64,000 nucleotides of DNA, taken from contig NZ_CAITNG010000094.1 in NCBI RefSeq assembly GCF_903893715.1, forward strand, positions 28,560 through 92,559, in the 5' to 3' direction. Both the position numbers and the translations under genes were made by a program. Source of the stretch: an uncultured Mucilaginibacter sp. GTDB lineage: Bacteria; Bacteroidota; Bacteroidia; Sphingobacteriales; Sphingobacteriaceae. Below, piece by piece: positions 58,969 to 64,000 of this stretch (positions within the stretch are counted from its first letter, which is position 1; each line of letters starts with the position of its first letter). A model generated the notes under the pieces. It saw only the letters and a program-made list of their open reading frames with translations. It was not told the DNA's origin and made no database searches.

Positions 58969-59313
58969 ATGAGAAACATCTTCCTGATCCTGTCGCTGGT
59001 CATGCTGTCAGCTATGGCCTTTAGCCAAACAAAGCCGGCAAAAAAAGTAAAGAAACAAGACACCCTCACCGTTGCCGATAAATCGGTAAGGCAGCCAATC
59101 GTCGTAAGGTTTTTCTCTGTTTTTAAGGAAGAAGAAAATGGCGACATAGTGGCTTTATACCCTTTCAAAATAAAATATTATACCATCAATAAGGGCGCGG
59201 CGTTTCCAATCGATGGTTCAATAGGCGGCGTAAGGCTTGATGATATAAAAGGCCACGACCTGCTCGTCGATACGGTACAAGGCGCGGTAATTTATAAAGG
59301 GGTGTTCCATTAA
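58969..59313 (+). CDS. Hypothetical exported protein
   Basis: 114 aa with a signal peptide ending AFS-Q; TAAATTTG element at 58944-58951. Confidence 0.65.
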   Translation: MRNIFLILSLVMLSAMAFSQTKPAKKVKKQDTLTVADKSVRQPIVVRFFSVFKEEENGDIVALYPFKIKYYTINKGAAFPIDGSIGGVRLDDIKGHDLLVDTVQGAVIYKGVFH

Positions 59314-59318
59314 CAAAC

Positions 59319-60308
59319 CTATTTAAACGCCTCCCACCATTTATTGGTATAACCCTTGCCGTTAAACGTATAGGTCTCGCCTGGTGCAGGCAGCAAAAGT
59401 TCTACGCCCTTTTCCGTGGCCACTTCCATCACCCTTTCAACCGGCTGTGTCCACGCGTGGAAAGCCAGGTTAAACGTACCCCAATGTATCGGCATCAATA
59501 CCGCGCTCTTCAACATCAGCTGCGCTTCGATGGCGCGGTCCGGGCCCATATGTATGTCTTTCCATAACTCGTCCGAAGCGCCAATCTCCAGCATCGTGAT
59601 GTCAAACGGTCCGAGCCTTTCCGCTATCTCCGCAAACAAAGGGTGCAAGCCCGAGTCAGCGCCATAATAAACATTGTGTACAGGTCCTTTTATGGCAAAT
59701 GAAGCCCAAAGCGTTTGCATACGGTTAAACAGGCTACGCCCCGAAAAATGCCTGGCAGGTGCTGAGGTAAGCGTAAAGCCATCACCCAAATCAACCGATT
59801 GCCACCAGTCCAGTTCCTTTATTTGTGTTGCCGGGATGCCCCATTTGTTCAATATCGCGCCCACGCCAGGCGAAGTATATATCGGCGTCCCTTTTTTGGC
59901 CAGGGCGACGATGGTTTTATCGTCCAGGTGGTCATAGTGGTCGTGCGAGATGATAATGGCATCCAGCTCCGGCATTTCCTCAACCGAAACAGGGGTTGGG
60001 AAGAACCGCTTGGGTCCCATAAACTGAACAGGCGAAGCCCTCCTGAAAACCGGGTCGGTCAATATTCGCTTGCCGTCAATTTCTATAATTAAGCCCGAGT
60101 GTCCCAGCCAGGTAACACGCAAGGTGTCTTTTGGCAGTTTGTTCAGTTTTTCAAAGTCTGCCTTAAAAGGCCCCGGCGTTTTGGCCGGTGTCCGGTTAGG
60201 ATGTTTTTTAAATAGTTGGGCAATCAGCTTGCCTTTATTACCATCTCCGCCAACTTGTGTGGGTATGGGGTTGATATATATTTTTCCGTTATAATTTGAT
60301 GTCGACAT
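59319..60308 (-). CDS. MBL-fold metallo-hydrolase (NAPE-PLD/RomA-like)
   Basis: TWLGHS, ILTDPVF, ISHDHYDHLD, PARHFSGR, YYGADSG, HMGP, PIHWGTF. Confidence 0.92.
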   Translation of the reverse strand: MSTSNYNGKIYINPIPTQVGGDGNKGKLIAQLFKKHPNRTPAKTPGPFKADFEKLNKLPKDTLRVTWLGHSGLIIEIDGKRILTDPVFRRASPVQFMGPKRFFPTPVSVEEMPELDAIIISHDHYDHLDDKTIVALAKKGTPIYTSPGVGAILNKWGIPATQIKELDWWQSVDLGDGFTLTSAPARHFSGRSLFNRMQTLWASFAIKGPVHNVYYGADSGLHPLFAEIAERLGPFDITMLEIGASDELWKDIHMGPDRAIEAQLMLKSAVLMPIHWGTFNLAFHAWTQPVERVMEVATEKGVELLLPAPGETYTFNGKGYTNKWWEAFK

Positions 60309-60463
60309 GTGCTTTAGATGCGCGTTTGCCCGCGATGTTTCGAAAATAAAGTAATAAAATTGACATACGCGGTCACTTTAGTCATCCCAAAGTATTTATT
60401 CAAACTATCAAACATAAACATCCAAAATAGTGTTAAAATTGAGCAATAATTAGCCTTAAACAC

Positions 60464-61534
60464 ATGTCCAACTTATTCAGTCCCTTAACCATAAAGGGCA
60501 TCGAGTTAAAAAACCGTATCGCCGTATCGCCCATGTGCCAGTACTCCAGTATGGATGGTTTTGCCAACCCATGGCATACCGTACACCTGGGCAGCTTTGC
60601 CGTTGGCGGTGCAGCGTTAGTGATGACCGAAGCTACCGCCGTATCGCCCGAGGGCCGCATTACCGCATCCGACCTCGGCATCTGGAAAGACGAACACATC
60701 GACCAGCTTAAGCAAATAACCACCTTCATCGAAAAACAAGGTGCAATTCCCGGCATACAACTGGCGCACGCCGGCCGCAAAGGCAGCCACAGCGAACCAT
60801 GGAATGGCGGCACACAAGTACCCGTTTCGGCCGAAGGCGGCTGGCTCACCGTAGCCCCCAGCGCCATCCCTTTTAAGGAAGAGACCGAAGCACCCGAAGC
60901 ACTGGATGCCGCGGGCATAAGCAAATTGACCGGCAACTTTGAACAGGCCACCTTGCGCGCCCTGAAAGCCGGCTTTAAAGTGATCGAGATCCATGCTGCC
61001 CACGGGTACCTGCTCCATGAGTTTTTATCGCCTTTAAGTAATCACCGTACAGATGAATACGGAGGTACTTTCGAAAACCGTATACGCCTGCTGCTCCAAA
61101 TTACCGATGCCGTTCGTTCGGTATTGCCCGATGAAAACCCGCTCTTCGTCCGCATATCGGCTACCGACTGGACCGAAGGTGGTTGGGATGCCGAACAGGC
61201 CATAAAATTATCCGCCATACTCAAACAGCATGGCGTGGACCTCGTCGATTGCTCATCAGGCGGTAATGTGCCGCACGCCAAAATACCCGTTGGCCCCGGC
61301 TACCAGGTGCAATTTGCCGAAAGCATCCGCAAGGAGACTGGCGTGCTCACCGGGGCAGTTGGCATGATAACCGAGCCGCAACAAGCAGACGACATCATTA
61401 AAAACGGTAAGGCCGATATCGTTTCGCTTGCGCGCGAGTTGCTGCGCGACCCGCATTTCCCGCTTCGCGCGGCTCATGCGCTCGGTGTCGATATCAAATG
61501 GCCGCTGCAATACGAGCGGGCCAAATGGTCATGA
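60464..61534 (+). CDS. NADH:flavin oxidoreductase, old yellow enzyme (YqjM/NamA-like subclass)
   Basis: VSPMCQYS, EATAVSPEGRI, QLAHAGRK, HAAHGYLLHEFLSPLSN, RISATDW, LARELLRDP, QYERA. Confidence 0.93.
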   Translation: MSNLFSPLTIKGIELKNRIAVSPMCQYSSMDGFANPWHTVHLGSFAVGGAALVMTEATAVSPEGRITASDLGIWKDEHIDQLKQITTFIEKQGAIPGIQLAHAGRKGSHSEPWNGGTQVPVSAEGGWLTVAPSAIPFKEETEAPEALDAAGISKLTGNFEQATLRALKAGFKVIEIHAAHGYLLHEFLSPLSNHRTDEYGGTFENRIRLLLQITDAVRSVLPDENPLFVRISATDWTEGGWDAEQAIKLSAILKQHGVDLVDCSSGGNVPHAKIPVGPGYQVQFAESIRKETGVLTGAVGMITEPQQADDIIKNGKADIVSLARELLRDPHFPLRAAHALGVDIKWPLQYERAKWS

Positions 61535-61588
61535 TAACAAACAAAAATCATCCTATATTGTACTCATTAAAACATCATCACAAAAACC

Positions 61589-62011
61589 ATGAAACGTACC
61601 GCAAAAGCCCATTGGACCGGCACTTTAAAAGACGGCCAGGGAACAATCTCGACCCAAAGCACCGTATTGAACAACACCCAGTACTCATTTAAAACCCGTT
61701 TTGCCGACGGCATTGGCACCAACCCCGAAGAACTGATAGCCGCCGCCCATGCCGGCTGCTTTACCATGGCCGTTGGCGCTACACTTACCCAGGCAGGCTT
61801 TACCCCCGGCGACCTGGAAACCGAAGCCATTTTAGACCTTGATATGGTTGCCCTGAGCATCACAGGCATCCATCTGGAACTAAAAGCATCGGCCATCGAA
61901 GGTGTTTCCGAAGAAAAATTTCAGGAAATAGCCGCGGGTGCAAAAGCAGGCTGTATCATATCAAAGGCCCTCAACGTGCCTATCACCATGACTGCTACTT
62001 ACGGCGCCTAA
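61589..62011 (+). CDS. osmC: OsmC family peroxiredoxin
   Basis: AHWTGTLKDGQG, GTNPEELIAAAHAGCFTMA, AKAGCIISKAL. Confidence 0.93.
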   Translation: MKRTAKAHWTGTLKDGQGTISTQSTVLNNTQYSFKTRFADGIGTNPEELIAAAHAGCFTMAVGATLTQAGFTPGDLETEAILDLDMVALSITGIHLELKASAIEGVSEEKFQEIAAGAKAGCIISKALNVPITMTATYGA

Positions 62012-62033
62012 TAAATACATTTGCCGCCTTTCA

Positions 62034-62066
62034 AAATAGCGATGGGTTTTAAACCCATCGCTATTT
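62034..62066. terminator. Long perfect inverted repeat after osmC (terminator, or 5' hairpin of the next gene)
   Basis: AAATAGCGATGGGTTT-T-AAACCCATCGCTATTT; promoter-like TACATTTG (62016-62023) before it and TACCTTTG (62070-62077) after it. Confidence 0.7.
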
Positions 62067-62084
62067 ATTTACCTTTGGGCACCT

Positions 62085-62726
62085 ATGTCAATCTTTAACC
62101 AGCTTATGATAGGTTCCGGCGTATGCTGGACCATTACTTACCTGCTTATCCTCAGGCGCGGCATACTCGATCTTACCTATGGCATGCCCGCCGCGGCCTT
62201 GTTTGCCAACCTGGCCTGGGAGATTATCTATTCCTTCATCCACCCGCATACCATGCCCCAATTGGCGGTCGACCGCATTTGGTTAACGTTCGATTTCCTG
62301 CTGCTGTTGCAGTACCTGCGCTTCGGCCCCTCGGTGCGTAAAGTACGCATCAACATTACCTTTTACCTCGAGTTTTTGCTTTCCTTCAGCGTAACCTTTA
62401 TCCTTATTCTGTTGGTGAGCGATGCCCTGCACGATGATAACGGCGCCTATGTTGCCTTCGGCCAAAACCTCATGATGTCGGCCCTGTTCATTGCCATCCT
62501 GCGCGACCGTAAATCCGCCTCGGGGCAAAGCATTTACATCGCATTGTTCAAGCTTGCCGGCACACTGTTGGCCTCAGTTGCCTTCTACACCCAAACCAAA
62601 ACCTACAGCCATTCGCCGCTCATGCAGTTCCTTTTTGTTGCCATTTTAGCTTACGATGTGGTTTACGTTTTCATGCTCGCCAACCAACTCAAACGCCAGC
62701 GTATCAAAGTTTTCGGGCGTTTTTGA
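62085..62726 (+). CDS. Integral-membrane terpene-cyclase-like protein (Pyr4/PaxB/XiaE family)
   Basis: About 7 TM helices; WxxxY (15-19), YGMP, NxxWE (Glu46), RxSxxGQS, KxxGT and YDVVY (Asp191) match Pyr4/PaxB hallmarks. Confidence 0.75.
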   Translation: MSIFNQLMIGSGVCWTITYLLILRRGILDLTYGMPAAALFANLAWEIIYSFIHPHTMPQLAVDRIWLTFDFLLLLQYLRFGPSVRKVRINITFYLEFLLSFSVTFILILLVSDALHDDNGAYVAFGQNLMMSALFIAILRDRKSASGQSIYIALFKLAGTLLASVAFYTQTKTYSHSPLMQFLFVAILAYDVVYVFMLANQLKRQRIKVFGRF

Positions 62727-62976
62727 GATTGCACTAATTGATATTCGATTTCACCGATTTGCTGTCAATTTCAAAAAAAGTCGTCGAACCATATGAGTAT
62801 TTATGGGTGTTGTACCAATGCATAAATGCGCCTATGTGCAAATTAAAAATGACCCAATGACCAATGACCTAATGACAAACTATATGGGTAATTATGGGTA
62901 CAATTTCAAAGAACTTTTTCTTCCGCTTTGCGCTCAGCTCTACGCGCTCTGCCATGCATATGGGTAAATATGGGTA
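62727..62976. repeat. Non-coding patchwork of several short direct-repeat families
   Basis: GATTGCACTAATT/GATTTCACCGATT; TATGGGTA-like doublets at 62792/62802, 62883/62893 and 62959/62969; AATGAC x4 (62848-62876); CGCT heptamer remnants (62924-62951). Confidence 0.7.
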
Positions 62977-63055
62977 TATGAAATTATCTGTTCATCCCAC
63001 CTTGCCAATCCATACAATATAAGAAAAATTGTTGAGATTTGGAGAAAATATAGCT

Positions 63056-63286
63056 ATGGATTGCGATTTATGCAAGGTCGGCACAACTACAAAAGGGGTT
63101 GTTTTGGTTACCTTAGAAAAGGGCAATTCCATTATCCTGATCAAGGATGTACCCGCAGATGTTTGCAGTAATTGCGGACATTATTACCTGTCGGAAGAAA
63201 TTACCGCCGAAGTGCTTCAAAAAGGCAATGAAGCCGTTGCCAATGGTGCTGAATTAGAGGTCATTAAATTGAAGGTAGCTTCCTGA
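63056..63286 (+). CDS. YgiT/MqsA-type zinc-finger protein (antitoxin-like, no HTH, no adjacent toxin)
   Basis: CDLC...IILIKDVPADVCSNCGHYY; start at 63056. Confidence 0.85.
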   Translation: MDCDLCKVGTTTKGVVLVTLEKGNSIILIKDVPADVCSNCGHYYLSEEITAEVLQKGNEAVANGAELEVIKLKVAS

Positions 63287-63312
63287 CACTTGGCCGATCC
63301 GTCAGTTTTTAT

Positions 63313-63507
63313 TTAGATCTGAGAATAAGCGAACACCGCCTGTAATTGCGTCTCGGTAAGATTTGGATAACTGTCAAACAACATTTGTTCAGTCCAACCA
63401 GTCGACAATAATTCCAGTATCAATTCTACCGACAAGCGCGTGCCTTTGATGGTTGGCTTAGCCAATAAAATGTTTTTATCCGAAACAATGTAATCTTGCC
63501 AATTCAT
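63313..63507 (-). CDS. DUF433 family protein (antitoxin-like, no adjacent PIN toxin)
   Basis: IVSDKNILLAKPTIKGTRLSVELILELL..GW....L..SYPNLT...LQAVFAY; TAAATTTG element on the minus strand at 63512-63519. Confidence 0.85.
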   Translation of the reverse strand: MNWQDYIVSDKNILLAKPTIKGTRLSVELILELLSTGWTEQMLFDSYPNLTETQLQAVFAYSQI

Positions 63508-63547
63508 ATCTCAAATTTACAAAATATATGTATAAATGCCATGTCAA

Positions 63548-63574
63548 CAAAAAAGCCTGCGAAATCCGCAGGCT
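63548..63574 (-). terminator. Rho-independent terminator of glyQS
   Basis: Stem AGCCTGCG / CGCAGGCT with a 5-nt loop; T-run follows on the minus strand. Confidence 0.75.
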
Positions 63575-63590
63575 CAAATACTTTTTCAAA

Positions 63591-63623
63591 AGTCTCCCCT
63601 ACCGGGGGAGATTTAGAGGGGGC
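63591..63623. repeat. REP-like palindromic element overlapping the glyQS stop codon
   Basis: TCTCCCC-TACCG-GGGGAGA hairpin followed by TTTAGAGGGGGC. Confidence 0.55.
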
Positions 63624-63999
63624 TTAACACCCTCTTCCAACTCACCATATCCCCAATAATCTTTTCCAATTGGTCGGCGGCAACACGCTCCTGGGCCATG
63701 CTGTCGCGGTGGCGTATGGTTACGGTATTGTCCTCCAAAGTTTGGTGGTCAACGGTGATACATATCGGTGTACCTATGGCATCCTGGCGGCGGTAACGTT
63801 TGCCGATGGTATCTTTTTCTTCGTATTGGATGTTGAAGTCGAACTTCAGTTTGTCCATTATTTCGCGTGCCTTTTCCGGCAGACCGTCTTTCTTCGTCAG
63901 CGGGAAAATAGCGGCCTTAACAGGCGCCAACGCCGGCGGGAAATGCAACACCACGCGACTGTCTTCGCGCTCCTCGGTGCTCAGGTCTTCTTCTTCGTA
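63613..63999 (-). CDS. glyQS: Glycine--tRNA ligase (homodimeric type), 3' part with the anticodon-binding domain; 5' end outside the window
   Basis: YEEEDL...RVVLHFPPALAPVKAAIFPL.KKDGL...IGKRYRRQDAIGTPICITVDHQTLEDNTVTIRHRDSMAQERV. Confidence 0.93.
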   Translation of the reverse strand, partial: YEEEDLSTEEREDSRVVLHFPPALAPVKAAIFPLTKKDGLPEKAREIMDKLKFDFNIQYEEKDTIGKRYRRQDAIGTPICITVDHQTLEDNTVTIRHRDSMAQERVAADQLEKIIGDMVSWKRVLSPL

Positions 64000-64000
64000 G

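Noticed and set aside
941-61896. Many antisense or alternate-frame ORFs in the supplied track (e.g. 941-1291, 2601-3008, 9119-9553, 25212-25736, 51289-51870, 57933-58499, 60433-60951)
   Set aside because: They lie within well-supported genes, have no family motifs, and are expected shadows of coding sequence.
60464-62011. OYE plus OsmC as a novel stress operon
   Set aside because: Both are common oxidative-stress genes and their adjacency is unremarkable.
62727-62976. Possible CRISPR array or tRNA in the repeat-rich gap
   Set aside because: Repeats are 6-13 nt, heterogeneous and lack regular unique spacers; no cas genes; no cloverleaf or T-loop motif.

Overview
64 kb of chromosome from a Bacteroidota genome. 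The gene content, TAnnTTTG promoters and gene order suggest Sphingobacteriaceae (Mucilaginibacter-like); this is inferred, not searched. From left to right: (1) the 3' end of a deoxyhypusine-synthase-like gene; (2) a ~16.4 kb respiratory cluster encoding alternative complex III (actA-F), an A1-type aa3 cytochrome c oxidase and its assembly genes; (3) housekeeping and hypothetical genes, including an orphan HTH-fused DNA methyltransferase and a three-gene operon of an S9-peptidase-fold lipoprotein, a sensor kinase and a response regulator; (4) a small accessory patch with a low-GC lipoprotein and an antitoxin-Doc pair bracketed by 67-bp direct repeats of a phosphatase 5' end; (5) a complete starch/alpha-glucan PUL (SusR-like, SusC, SusD, SusE/F-like, GH31, GH13, MFS, GH13, pullulanase) followed by a GH53; (6) MBL hydrolase, OYE, OsmC, an orphan Pyr4/PaxB-type membrane terpene-cyclase homologue, a patchwork of short repeats, two partner-less antitoxin-like genes and the 3' end of glyQS. 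No rRNA, tRNA, CRISPR array, transposase or integrase was seen. The best candidate for an undescribed system is the S9-fold lipoprotein, which lacks the Ser/Asp/His triad and is co-encoded with a two-component system, suggesting a pseudo-enzyme sensor. All family calls come from motif recognition; no database search was run.
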